NCBI GenBank assembly: GCA_029932365.1
Contig: JAOZQG010000006.1
Coordinates: 1 to 44,510, forward strand
Direction: 5' to 3'
From: a bacterium
Lineage (GTDB): Bacteria; 4484-113
Length of the DNA stretch: 44,510 nt
Within the stretch, counting starts at the first letter, position 1, and every line of letters starts with the position of its first letter. Positions 36,196 to 44,510 of the stretch are shown here, in pieces. The notes below the pieces were generated by a model, which made no database searches, was not told the DNA's origin, and saw only the letters and a program-made list of their open reading frames with translations. Both the position numbers and the translations under genes were made by a program.

Positions 36196-37095
36196 ATGGC
36201 TGCCGCCGCACGTTTTACCGGCGAACGGTGCCTGGGAATTATCTCACCGTCGGCGCGTCCGCTCTCGGACGTCCTGCGAAAGCGCCTGGAGGTTAAGCTC
36301 GGAAAGCTCGCAGTGATATCGCCAGGGAACGTGGAGGAGCTGCACGATACAGTAGCGCGCTCCAAAGATGAGTACCCGCTCGTCCTTGTTATCGGAGGCG
36401 ACGGCACAATAAGCCAGGTCGTCCAGCATCTGGACCTCGAGTCGCAGATACTGGCGATTCTGCCTTCGGGCACGGGCAACGACCTGGCGCGGGGGCTTGG
36501 CTTGCCCCGCCGGACTGACTGCTACCTGAAAGCCCTGCCGGATTTCGTCCTGCGGGAGATAGATGTGTGGCTGATGGATGGCAGGCGCTTCATTAACTCC
36601 GCAGGCTTCGGGCTGGACGCGCAGGTTCTGGCCACTATGGCATCGTCCCGTGGCCTTGCCCGGCAAAATTACGTAGCCGCCTTCATTGCCACGCTGCCCG
36701 GGCTACGCCCGCTTTATGTCAGAGCTACCGGGAATGGCGAAGTATTGGTGGACGGCGACGTCTGGTGGCTCGCGGCGCTTAACTCGCCGTTCGTCGGCGG
36801 AGGGATTCCCCTGGCTCCCCGGGCGCGGCTCGACGACGGGAAGCTCGACATAGTGGCCGTCCACGCCTGCTCGAAATGGGAGCTTCTGCTCAAGCTGCCC
36901 CGCGTTACCCGGGGCCATCACCTTAAAGATCCCCGAGTATCCTGCCACCAGGCGGCCCGACTGACCGTCCAAAGCTCGCAGCAGCCCGTTGCAGCCGAGG
37001 GTGATGGCGAACTTATGACGCTGTACGAACGCCGCATTGCACTGGTTCACGCGGGCAGGCTCAGTGTCCTTTGTGCAGCGGCAGGTACACGTTGA
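36196..37095 (+). CDS. Diacylglycerol/lipid kinase family protein (YegS/DgkB-like)
   Basis: GGDGTI, LPSGTGNDLA, NSAGFGLDA, GGG...AP.A..DDG, DGE. Confidence 0.9.
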   Translation: MAAAARFTGERCLGIISPSARPLSDVLRKRLEVKLGKLAVISPGNVEELHDTVARSKDEYPLVLVIGGDGTISQVVQHLDLESQILAILPSGTGNDLARGLGLPRRTDCYLKALPDFVLREIDVWLMDGRRFINSAGFGLDAQVLATMASSRGLARQNYVAAFIATLPGLRPLYVRATGNGEVLVDGDVWWLAALNSPFVGGGIPLAPRARLDDGKLDIVAVHACSKWELLLKLPRVTRGHHLKDPRVSCHQAARLTVQSSQQPVAAEGDGELMTLYERRIALVHAGRLSVLCAAAGTR

Positions 37096-38650
37096 AGGCG
37101 GCCCCGCCAAGCTCGCTGGTCCGTTCGGCCATGACGACTCCTCCGAGTCGGCGGACTATCTGCTGTGTAACGTTCAGCCCCAGGCCGCTGCTGCTTTGCG
37201 GGTCTTTCGTCGAAAAGTAGGGCTCGAATATGCTGGACGTAAGGTCGCTGGGGATCCCCGGTCCTGAATCAATGATCCTCACCAGCAATATACTTGGCGC
37301 GCTGAATCTGACAAACCCGTGCGGCAGATCTCGGTGAGCCACTTCGGTAACTTCAATGCGAATACGCTTGTCCTCGGAATCCAGCATAGCCTCAAACGAG
37401 TTCTGCACGATGTTAAACAGCGCCTGGCGCAGCGAGTTGGGATCGGCATCGACAAATCCGACGGCTTTCATGCTGAGTTCCAGCGTAACATCCTTGGGCA
37501 CGACGAATTCCACCAGCGACGTGAAGTTTTCAAAGAAGCTCTCAACGGCCAGCTTGGAGACGCGGGGCTCGTGCAGCCGGGCATAGCTCGTGAGATTGCC
37601 TATGAGCTTAACTCCCCGGTCAACCAGACCGTTTACCTTCTGCAAATATGACGCTTCGCTGCTCTCGCTGTCGGCTTCGGACTGTAAAAGCGAGGTGACG
37701 CCTTTAATAGCGGCAAAAATGTTGTTGAACTCGTGAGCCACGCCCCGCGCGAGCATGGCAACGCTTTCGGAGCGCTGCATGAGCGTCACCGAATGCGAAA
37801 GCCGCTCTGCCAGAACGGGCTGGGATATAAGCAGGCACAGTATCGTGCGCCTGCCGGCGTCCTCCATCGGCAGCAGGCTAAACGCCAGGGTCGTATGCAT
37901 GTCGGCGCCCCTTCCCAGCGCGCCCTCAAGTTCGGTGTAGTAATCCACCGGCGGGAAATAGGCTTCCTGCCCCATGAGGGCATCCTGCACCAGGGATGCC
38001 GTTTCGGGGCGCGAGAAGTTTGAGTCCTTGCTGATGTCATATGAGGGCGAATCCGCTTCGCCCTCCAGTTTGAAAAGCTCGCGCGCCCGCGGGCTGATGT
38101 AATCCGCCTTTCCGCCGTCATCCAGCAAAAGGAAGCTGGCTTCCAGTCGTTCGAGAAGCTTGGTTGTACGGGCATCCTCCTCCAGCTGGCGCAGGACCTG
38201 CGCGAGCGGCTCCTCGCTTATGGAGAATGCGCGCGGCGCGACTTCCGCTCCCGGAGCCGCCTGAAGCAGCACTACCGTCCCGAAGAACCGGTCGTCCTGC
38301 CACAGCGGGGTAGCGGCGGTAACTAGCTCCTTTTTCGCCGCTGAAGGGGCACCGCCCTTCGCGCTGGGTACGGAAGCGTAACCGGTGAGTGTCTGGCGCT
38401 GTTCGCCGTTCTTTAACTGTCCCACTTCAATACGGGGAAACAGAGATTGAAGGCTGGCGCCGACGATGTCTACAAGCTCTCTGCCCATGAGCTCACCGAA
38501 TGCGGCCGTGGCCCACTGGCAGACCATTAGGTCATCAAAAAAGGCCATGCCCAGAACCTGGGCGTTTTCCAGATAGGCGAGCAGTTTCGCTCGCTCGGCG
38601 ATGTCATTGCTTGAGGGCAAAAGCTCCAGGAATTCGAGGAACTTCTTCAC
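37061..38650 (-). CDS. Soluble PAS-domain sensor histidine kinase
   Basis: H box GVAHEFNN, N box NIVQNS.EA, DSGPGI, IFEPYFSTK, GLGL; two PAS-like segments; no TM helix and no receiver domain. Confidence 0.9.
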   Translation of the reverse strand: MKKFLEFLELLPSSNDIAERAKLLAYLENAQVLGMAFFDDLMVCQWATAAFGELMGRELVDIVGASLQSLFPRIEVGQLKNGEQRQTLTGYASVPSAKGGAPSAAKKELVTAATPLWQDDRFFGTVVLLQAAPGAEVAPRAFSISEEPLAQVLRQLEEDARTTKLLERLEASFLLLDDGGKADYISPRARELFKLEGEADSPSYDISKDSNFSRPETASLVQDALMGQEAYFPPVDYYTELEGALGRGADMHTTLAFSLLPMEDAGRRTILCLLISQPVLAERLSHSVTLMQRSESVAMLARGVAHEFNNIFAAIKGVTSLLQSEADSESSEASYLQKVNGLVDRGVKLIGNLTSYARLHEPRVSKLAVESFFENFTSLVEFVVPKDVTLELSMKAVGFVDADPNSLRQALFNIVQNSFEAMLDSEDKRIRIEVTEVAHRDLPHGFVRFSAPSILLVRIIDSGPGIPSDLTSSIFEPYFSTKDPQSSSGLGLNVTQQIVRRLGGVVMAERTSELGGAAFNVYLPLHKGH

Positions 38651-38670
38651 TCATCGGCCTCCCGGCAGGG

Positions 38671-39477
38671 TCAGTACTGCCCGAGCCTGCCGTCTATTCG
38701 GGACTTCCGCTCGCAGATAAGGAAAACGGCGGACCCGATAAGCAGATACACCGCAGAGTTTATCACAAGGCCGAGCAGCAGCCAGGGCCTGGTGCCGTCG
38801 AATACTGTGCTCTGCTCCACGACCACGGTCTTGATCAGGCTCACTCCAAGCGTAAGGGGCAGGCTGTAGAAGGCGACCTTTAGCCAGCCTGAGATCTGTT
38901 CGGCGGGGAAGTACGCGAGAAAGAAAAACGCAAATTGCATAATGGTCCCGACCTGACCGATGCGCTTGAAGACCAGCGCCAGCCCGGCGAATATCAGCCC
39001 GAAACCGTATATCCCCGCGACCGTTACAATGAGCAGAAACAGTATCTGCAAGATGTTGCCCGTACCTATAGCCAGCCACTTGCCGGTACTGGCCATTATG
39101 CAGACGAGCAGCACAACCACCATAAGCAGGCTGGTTATAAAGTCAACGGCGCTCCGTATCATCATCAGCGCCAGCACGCGCGGGTAGGTGAGGAATATCT
39201 GTTCCAACACCCCCATCTGGGCTTCGGATTCGATATGGTGTGCCAGCCGCCCCAGGGCGGATATCACGAAAAACCACATAACGTAAGAGATAATGAAGCC
39301 GTCCAGCGAGGCGCTGAGCACCTGGGGGTCCCTTACCAGCGAGCGGGCGCCGAGAAACAGACCCATAAACAGTATGTACATAATGAAAAGGCCGATAAAT
39401 AGCTCGATGGGGTATCTGAGGGCGAGCAGCACGCTGCGAACCAGCTCCGCCCGAAACAGCTTGAGCGCCCGTATCAC
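38671..39477 (-). CDS. ABC-2 type exporter permease
   Basis: About 6 TM helices; EAQMGVLEQ; 4-nt overlap with the ATPase gene. Confidence 0.88.
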   Translation of the reverse strand: MIRALKLFRAELVRSVLLALRYPIELFIGLFIMYILFMGLFLGARSLVRDPQVLSASLDGFIISYVMWFFVISALGRLAHHIESEAQMGVLEQIFLTYPRVLALMMIRSAVDFITSLLMVVVLLVCIMASTGKWLAIGTGNILQILFLLIVTVAGIYGFGLIFAGLALVFKRIGQVGTIMQFAFFFLAYFPAEQISGWLKVAFYSLPLTLGVSLIKTVVVEQSTVFDGTRPWLLLGLVINSAVYLLIGSAVFLICERKSRIDGRLGQY

Positions 39478-40475
39478 GCTTCATCTCCTTTTCTGCCCGC
39501 GTAGTGTTGGGTTATCTGCAGGAAGATGTCCTCCAGCGACGGCGTGACCTGGCTTATCGTTATAAACTGCGGACGGCGGGATAGCAGCAGCTCCGACAAC
39601 TTGTAGAAGCCTTCCCTGCTGTCCAGATGGAAAGTAATCCTTACCTCTTCGTCGTCAGAGCTTCGCTCCTCGGTGAACCTGAATGCTGACACATCGTTGC
39701 GCAGTCTCTCCCATTCGCTGCGGGGAAGCTGCAATTCGTAGTTCTGCTGGCGAAAAAACGCCACGAGGTTGGGCAGGCTGTCCTCGGCGATTAGCTCCCC
39801 TTCGGAGAGAATGCCGATGCGGTCGGCGACCCGTGCGGCCAGCTCCATCATATGGGTGGTGAGTATGATGGTGCGGCCGTCGCGTTCCACCAGCTCGCGC
39901 AGGCGCTTCTGGATGAGCCGTGAGCTTTCCACGTCCAGGCCCAGAGTGGGCTCGTCCAGCAGCAGTATCTCCGGCTTGCCCAGAAGCGCCACCGCGACCG
40001 CGACCTTCTGCTGCATTCCACGGGATAGAGTCTGCGTGCTGGCGCGCGCCTTTTTAGTCAGGTCGAACATCTCCAGAAGCTCGTCCGCTTCGCGCCTGAT
40101 TTGCGTAAGCGACAGTCCTTTGAGTTCCCCGAAGTAGTAAAGGTTTTCCAGAGGGGAGAGCCGCCAGTACAGGTTGCGGGAGCCTTCAAGCACCGCGCCC
40201 AGGCGCGGCCGCGAACGCAGTTCGCTCCCGTCCCTGTCATAGAATACGACGCGCCCCCGCGTGGGCAGGATCAGGCCGGCGATTATCTTTATGGTGGTGG
40301 TCTTGCCGGCTCCGTTGGGCCCAAGCAGGCTGAAGATGCAACCTCGCGGCACCTTCAGGTCTATCCCGCGCACGGCTTCGACCGCGCGGTGGCGGTGCCA
40401 GGGCAAAATGGGGTAGAAGGTCTTCGCCAGCCCTTCAAGCCGGAATGCGTCCTGCTGGTCGGTAGTTCCCGCCAC
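39474..40475 (-). CDS. ABC transporter ATP-binding protein
   Basis: GPNGAGKTT, LSRGMQQK, LLLDEPTLGLD, TTH; start uncertain (40475 or 40499). Confidence 0.93.
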   Translation of the reverse strand: MAGTTDQQDAFRLEGLAKTFYPILPWHRHRAVEAVRGIDLKVPRGCIFSLLGPNGAGKTTTIKIIAGLILPTRGRVVFYDRDGSELRSRPRLGAVLEGSRNLYWRLSPLENLYYFGELKGLSLTQIRREADELLEMFDLTKKARASTQTLSRGMQQKVAVAVALLGKPEILLLDEPTLGLDVESSRLIQKRLRELVERDGRTIILTTHMMELAARVADRIGILSEGELIAEDSLPNLVAFFRQQNYELQLPRSEWERLRNDVSAFRFTEERSSDDEEVRITFHLDSREGFYKLSELLLSRRPQFITISQVTPSLEDIFLQITQHYAGRKGDEA

Positions 40476-40514
40476 CTCTGTTATAAGGATTCTACACAAT
40501 ATCGGCGGACGCGC

Positions 40515-41729
40515 CTAATGCGCCATCAATTTGCCTATGCGTTTTCTACGCTCTTCCCAGCGCGCAAGCACATCGTCCATATGGCTTCCGCCAAATTCCA
40601 CCAGTATCACATCCGCCAAAATCAGCGCCAGCATATTCTCGGCGATGACCGAAGCGGCGGGTGCGGCAGTAATGTCGCTGCGGTGTTTGGAAGCCTTTAC
40701 GGTTTTGCCGCTGGCGAGGTTAACCGTCCGCAGCGCTTCTTTCTGCGTGGGGATGGGCTTGACCATTCCGGTGAGCACGACCGGCATACCGTTGGTCAGG
40801 CCCCCCGTTATGCCACCAGCACGGTTGGTTGCGTGGGTTAGCCCTTCGCCATCGCTCACAATTTCGTCGTGGTACTCACTGCCGTCGGCCTCCTCCAGCC
40901 ATCCTGCCGCGCCGAATCCAACCAGCTTCACAGCCGGTATGCTCACGATGGCCTGCGCTATGCGGCCGTCGAGCCGCTCGTCCCACTGGGCAAAGCTTCC
41001 GATCCCCGGCAGGAGACCGAACGCCATTACAGCGAATCCGCCGCCCAGCGTCACGCGGCGCTTGCGGGCGTCGTCCACTGACGCCTTCGCGGCCTTCCCC
41101 ACCTTTTCGTCAGGCATTCTCAGCGGGTTTTTCTCGATCTGCGCCACAGGCAGTTCCTGCAACTCCTTCGCCTCCAACAGGCGCAACAGCTTGCGTCGCG
41201 GCAATCCGGCCTTTCCGATGCGGTGAACGAAGCTCGCCACGCTCACATTCACCGCCGCGAGAAGCTCCTTGCATACCGCACCGGCGACGACACGAGCGGC
41301 AGTTTCGCGGGCGCTGGCCCGCTCCAGTACGTCCTGAATGTCCGCGGGATGGAACTTATCGCCTTTGTAAGAAGCGTACTTCATCGCGCCGGCAAAGTCG
41401 GCATGTCCGGGGCGGGGACGGGTCAGCGGGCTTTCGCGCAGGCCTTCCCACGGGTCCAGCAGGCGCGACCACTTCTCGGCCTCGGCGTTGGGGATGCGGA
41501 AGACCAGCGGATTCCCCGTGGTGACGCCGCCGCGCATCCCCCCTTCGCAGGCAACGGCGTCGGTTTCGCGCTTCATCCGGCTGGAGCGCCCGTAAAGCTT
41601 GCGCCGGCGGCGAAGCTCGTCGGCGATGCGCTCCCGCGGAAGGCGCAGGCCGGCGGGCATGCCCGACAGGACTGCGCTTATCGCGCTACCGTGGGATTCC
41701 CCCGCTGTCAGCAGGCGTAACCGCTGCAC
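40515..41729 (-). CDS. aroC: Chorismate synthase
   Basis: TAGESHG, RPRPGHAD, ERASARETAARV, TNRAGGITGG, KPIPT, RSD. Confidence 0.96.
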   Translation of the reverse strand: MQRLRLLTAGESHGSAISAVLSGMPAGLRLPRERIADELRRRRKLYGRSSRMKRETDAVACEGGMRGGVTTGNPLVFRIPNAEAEKWSRLLDPWEGLRESPLTRPRPGHADFAGAMKYASYKGDKFHPADIQDVLERASARETAARVVAGAVCKELLAAVNVSVASFVHRIGKAGLPRRKLLRLLEAKELQELPVAQIEKNPLRMPDEKVGKAAKASVDDARKRRVTLGGGFAVMAFGLLPGIGSFAQWDERLDGRIAQAIVSIPAVKLVGFGAAGWLEEADGSEYHDEIVSDGEGLTHATNRAGGITGGLTNGMPVVLTGMVKPIPTQKEALRTVNLASGKTVKASKHRSDITAAPAASVIAENMLALILADVILVEFGGSHMDDVLARWEERRKRIGKLMAH

Positions 41730-41801
41730 GGCTTTACTTTAGCACAGGCGGTGCGCGGTCGCTGATATAATAGGTGTTTACGGGCTGCGGCGGGATTTTA
41801 C

Positions 41802-43064
41802 ATGAGGCGCGTACTTAAATACGGCGGGACTTCACTGGCGACACCGGCTCACTTCGAGCAGGCGGCGCGCGCCATCGCGGGGCTGGTGGAGGTCGGCGAG
41901 CAGATTGCGGTCGTCGTTTCGGCGATGGCAGATGAAACCGACCGGCTGCTCCAGGAGATGGGGGAATGCGGGGGAACCGCGGTGGACAGCGGCACACTGC
42001 TCAACTACCTCTCAATGGGCGAGGAAAAGAGCGTGCTCTTAATGTCCGCGGCGCTGCAGGCGCAGAAGGTCGGCGCGGTGGCGCTGCATCCGCGCTGGCG
42101 CGAAAGCTGGCCTTTGATTGTGGACAGCGATGACGACTCGCCGGTCGCGCCCATAAAAACCAACGAGGAACGAAGCTTCTCCGTCCGCACGCAAAAAACC
42201 TCCAACCGCTTTATAAAAAACGTGCTGCCCCACCTGCGGCTGGGCAAGGTGCCGGTGATTTCGGGATTTATGGCGCTTTCCAGCCGCGACGAGCTCGTCA
42301 CGCTGGGGCGCGGCGGGAGCGACATCACCGCCTTCGTCGCCGGGCGCTACATTGACGCGGACGAAGTGGTAGTGGTGACCGACGTGGAAGGCGTGCTGTC
42401 CGCCGACCCCGGCCTGGCGCAGAACCCGCGCATCCTGGACAACCTCACGGTGGAGGACGCCGAGGTCATCGCCCGAAGCGGCGCGAGAGTCGTGCATCCG
42501 CGCGCGTTTCGGTTTATGACCGCCGATATGCGCGTGCGCATCGTGGATTTCCGCAAGCAAAATGAGCTGGTCAAGACCGGCACGACCATTACCGGCGAGA
42601 GCAAGACGACGATTTTCCGCAACGACAACCGCCTGGCGGCGCTGGTGCTGGTCGGCAGCGGCTGGGCCAACAAGCCGGGCATTCTTGGCAGGCTGGCTAA
42701 CGTCCTGGGCGAAAACGACATCGCCATCAGCGCGGCGACCAGCGGCGGCCGCTTCATCGTGTTTTACCTTGACGAAGACATTGCGGAAAAGGCGCACAGC
42801 CTTCTGCACGACGCCGTCGGCGAAGACCGCGAAACCTTTACCAACATCACGCTTCGCGGCGGCATGGGCGAACTCAGGCTGCGCAGCCCCGAGTTTATTG
42901 ACCGTCCAGGCGCCATCGGCGATTTGGTACGCGCGCTCGCCCATCGCAAAGTGAACATTATCGAGGTCGTAACCAGCCTGAGCGACATCCACATCTACGT
43001 CCCCTGGGACGACCTGGAAGCGGCCTACGAGTGTATGCTGAAGTTCTTCAAATCAAAGTATTAA
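41802..43064 (+). CDS. lysC: Aspartate kinase with two ACT domains
   Basis: KYGGTS, VVSAM, TLGRGGSDITA, TDVEGV.SADP, GARVVHP. Confidence 0.9.
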   Translation: MRRVLKYGGTSLATPAHFEQAARAIAGLVEVGEQIAVVVSAMADETDRLLQEMGECGGTAVDSGTLLNYLSMGEEKSVLLMSAALQAQKVGAVALHPRWRESWPLIVDSDDDSPVAPIKTNEERSFSVRTQKTSNRFIKNVLPHLRLGKVPVISGFMALSSRDELVTLGRGGSDITAFVAGRYIDADEVVVVTDVEGVLSADPGLAQNPRILDNLTVEDAEVIARSGARVVHPRAFRFMTADMRVRIVDFRKQNELVKTGTTITGESKTTIFRNDNRLAALVLVGSGWANKPGILGRLANVLGENDIAISAATSGGRFIVFYLDEDIAEKAHSLLHDAVGEDRETFTNITLRGGMGELRLRSPEFIDRPGAIGDLVRALAHRKVNIIEVVTSLSDIHIYVPWDDLEAAYECMLKFFKSKY

Positions 43065-43284
43065 AGCAGATCGGGCAGTGGAGATAGAACTGCGGTTGCG
43101 ATCGATGACAGCTCAATTTCTCCTCTCGTGCGTCTTTCTTGCTCCTTCATCCTAACTCAGGCAACGCCAGCTTTATACCACCCAAGTAATGTATAATAAA
43201 AAAGACAGCCGAATCGCCTGGGGGCTGCCAATCCGGTGAGCTATCCTTGACCGTGCATCCGCGTGCGCGGCGAAGGAGACTACG

Positions 43285-44070
43285 ATGGCAAAAGGCTTCA
43301 AATACCTCGAGGTCAGGCGCAGGGCGGGAGTCCTGTACATCTGGCTGAACCGCCCCAATGAGCGCAACGCGTTCGACGACGTTTTAATAACCGAGCTTAC
43401 TCAGGCTTTCTCCCGCATACCCGAAGACATACGCGTGGTCGTGCTGGGGGGGCGGGGCGACGTGTTCTGCGCCGGCGCCGACCTGGAATACATGAAGCGC
43501 GTGGGACAGATGGGACACGAAGAAAATATCGCGGACGCGAACGCGCTGGCGGAAATGCTCGCCATGGTTAACGACTGCCCGGTGCCGCTGGTCGGACGGG
43601 TGCAGAAGGCCGCATTCGGTGGCGCTATCGGACTGATTGCCTGCTGCGATTCGGTGTTCGCCTCCGAAGACACGGTTTTTGCGTTCTCCGAGGTCCGCCT
43701 GGGCCTGAGCCCCGCGACGATATCCCCCTACGTGATTGCCAAAATCGGGGAAAACACAGCGCGCGACCTGTTTCTCTCCGGAGAAAAGTGGGACGCCAAA
43801 CGCGCTAAAGAAATCGGGCTGGTGCACTATGTCGTGAAGCCTGATGTGCTGGACAGCGCGGTGAACGTGAAGGTCAAGGAGCTGCTGAAGGCCGGGCCGA
43901 AGGCGGCCCGGGCCACCAAGCGGCTGATTGCGGATGTGACCGGCTCCGTCGCTCTGGCCATGCGGGACTCAACGGCAAGGCTCATCGCCGAGCTCAGGGC
44001 TTCCGAGGAAGGCCGCGAGGGCCTGACCGCCTTTGCGGAGAAGCGCAAGCCCTCCTGGATGGAAAAATAA
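43285..44070 (+). CDS. liuC: Enoyl-CoA hydratase, methylglutaconyl-CoA hydratase-like
   Basis: LNRPNERNAF, FCAGADL, FGGAIGL, FSEVRLGLSPATISPYV, EGLTAFAEKRKP; adjacent to a biotin carboxylase. Confidence 0.82.
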   Translation: MAKGFKYLEVRRRAGVLYIWLNRPNERNAFDDVLITELTQAFSRIPEDIRVVVLGGRGDVFCAGADLEYMKRVGQMGHEENIADANALAEMLAMVNDCPVPLVGRVQKAAFGGAIGLIACCDSVFASEDTVFAFSEVRLGLSPATISPYVIAKIGENTARDLFLSGEKWDAKRAKEIGLVHYVVKPDVLDSAVNVKVKELLKAGPKAARATKRLIADVTGSVALAMRDSTARLIAELRASEEGREGLTAFAEKRKPSWMEK

Positions 44071-44084
44071 CCTGCCTGTGACCT

Positions 44085-44510
44085 ATGTTTAAGCGAGTTC
44101 TTATTGCCAATCGCGGTGAAATAGCGGTACGGATAATCCGCGGCTGCCACGAGCTGGGATGCGAGGCGGTCGCGGTTTGCTCCGAACCTGACGCCGGGGC
44201 GCTGCACGTGCGACAGGCGGATGCCGCCGTCCTGCTCGGCCCCGCGGCGCCCGCTGAAAGCTACCTGAACTTCGAGCGTATTTTAGACGCGGCGCGGCAG
44301 CAGAACTGCGAAGCCATCCATCCCGGCTACGGCTTCCTGGCGGAAAACGCCGATTTCGCTCAAGCCGTGGAGGACGCGGGTTTTGCCTGGATTGGCCCGC
44401 CGCCGGAGGCCATCCGCCGCATGGGGCTTAAGGTGGAGGCGCGCGAGCTGGCGCGAAAGTCGGGTGCGCCGGTAATTCCCGGTATGGACAATCCCGAAGC
44501 AAGCGACTCT
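44085..44510 (+). CDS. Biotin carboxylase subunit, probably methylcrotonyl-CoA carboxylase alpha; truncated by the window edge and absent from the ORF track
   Basis: Hand translation: [19 protein letters not shown]...AESYLN...[13 protein letters not shown]...[12 protein letters not shown]. Confidence 0.9.
   Translation, partial: MFKRVLIANRGEIAVRIIRGCHELGCEAVAVCSEPDAGALHVRQADAAVLLGPAAPAESYLNFERILDAARQQNCEAIHPGYGFLAENADFAQAVEDAGFAWIGPPPEAIRRMGLKVEARELARKSGAPVIPGMDNPEASDS

Noticed and set aside
38671-40475. ABC-2 exporter as a sign of a bacteriocin/RiPP cluster
   Set aside because: No precursor peptide or modifying enzyme is adjacent.
42039-42992. 317-aa minus-strand ORF
   Set aside because: Antisense shadow of the aspartokinase gene.
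43206-43227. GCCGAATCGCCTGGG resembles the 3' hairpin of a ZTP riboswitch
   Set aside because: The 5' aptamer half is missing and the downstream gene is not purine or folate related. No ZTP motif was seen before purH, purN or fhs either.
1-44510. CRISPR array, tRNA, rRNA, IS element or prophage
   Set aside because: No regularly spaced direct repeats, cloverleaf motifs, transposase, integrase or phage genes were seen by eye.

Overview
A GC-rich (roughly 60% by eye), gene-dense bacterial chromosome segment with about 40 CDSs. I see no CRISPR array, tRNA, rRNA or mobile element. Housekeeping content: cobB, purN, purH, purM, fhs, ruvX, a YqeG phosphatase, deoC, rfbD, aroC, aspartokinase, liuC-like and liuD-like genes, an ABC-2 exporter, a PAS histidine kinase and the SRP RNA (ffs). 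The strongest candidate for an undescribed system is a co-directional four-gene cluster at 12975-17351 (-): SDR-type L-threonine dehydrogenase, acetate-type AMP-forming ligase, a stand-alone acyl carrier protein, and Kbl (glycine C-acetyltransferase). It suggests a carrier-protein-dependent threonine <-> glycine + acetate pathway instead of the canonical CoA-dependent one. The second candidate is a set of large lipoproteins at 24256-35525 carrying cohesin-like, dockerin-like, PKD and FN3-like modules with no recognisable glycoside hydrolase; two have long acidic tracts that appear inserted inside Ig-fold domains. Other observations: at least seven genes look leaderless, there is a motif-degenerate HD-GYP protein, and the aspartokinase resembles archaeal enzymes. 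All family calls come from motif recognition by eye, with no database search. Several start codons are revised relative to the ORF track.
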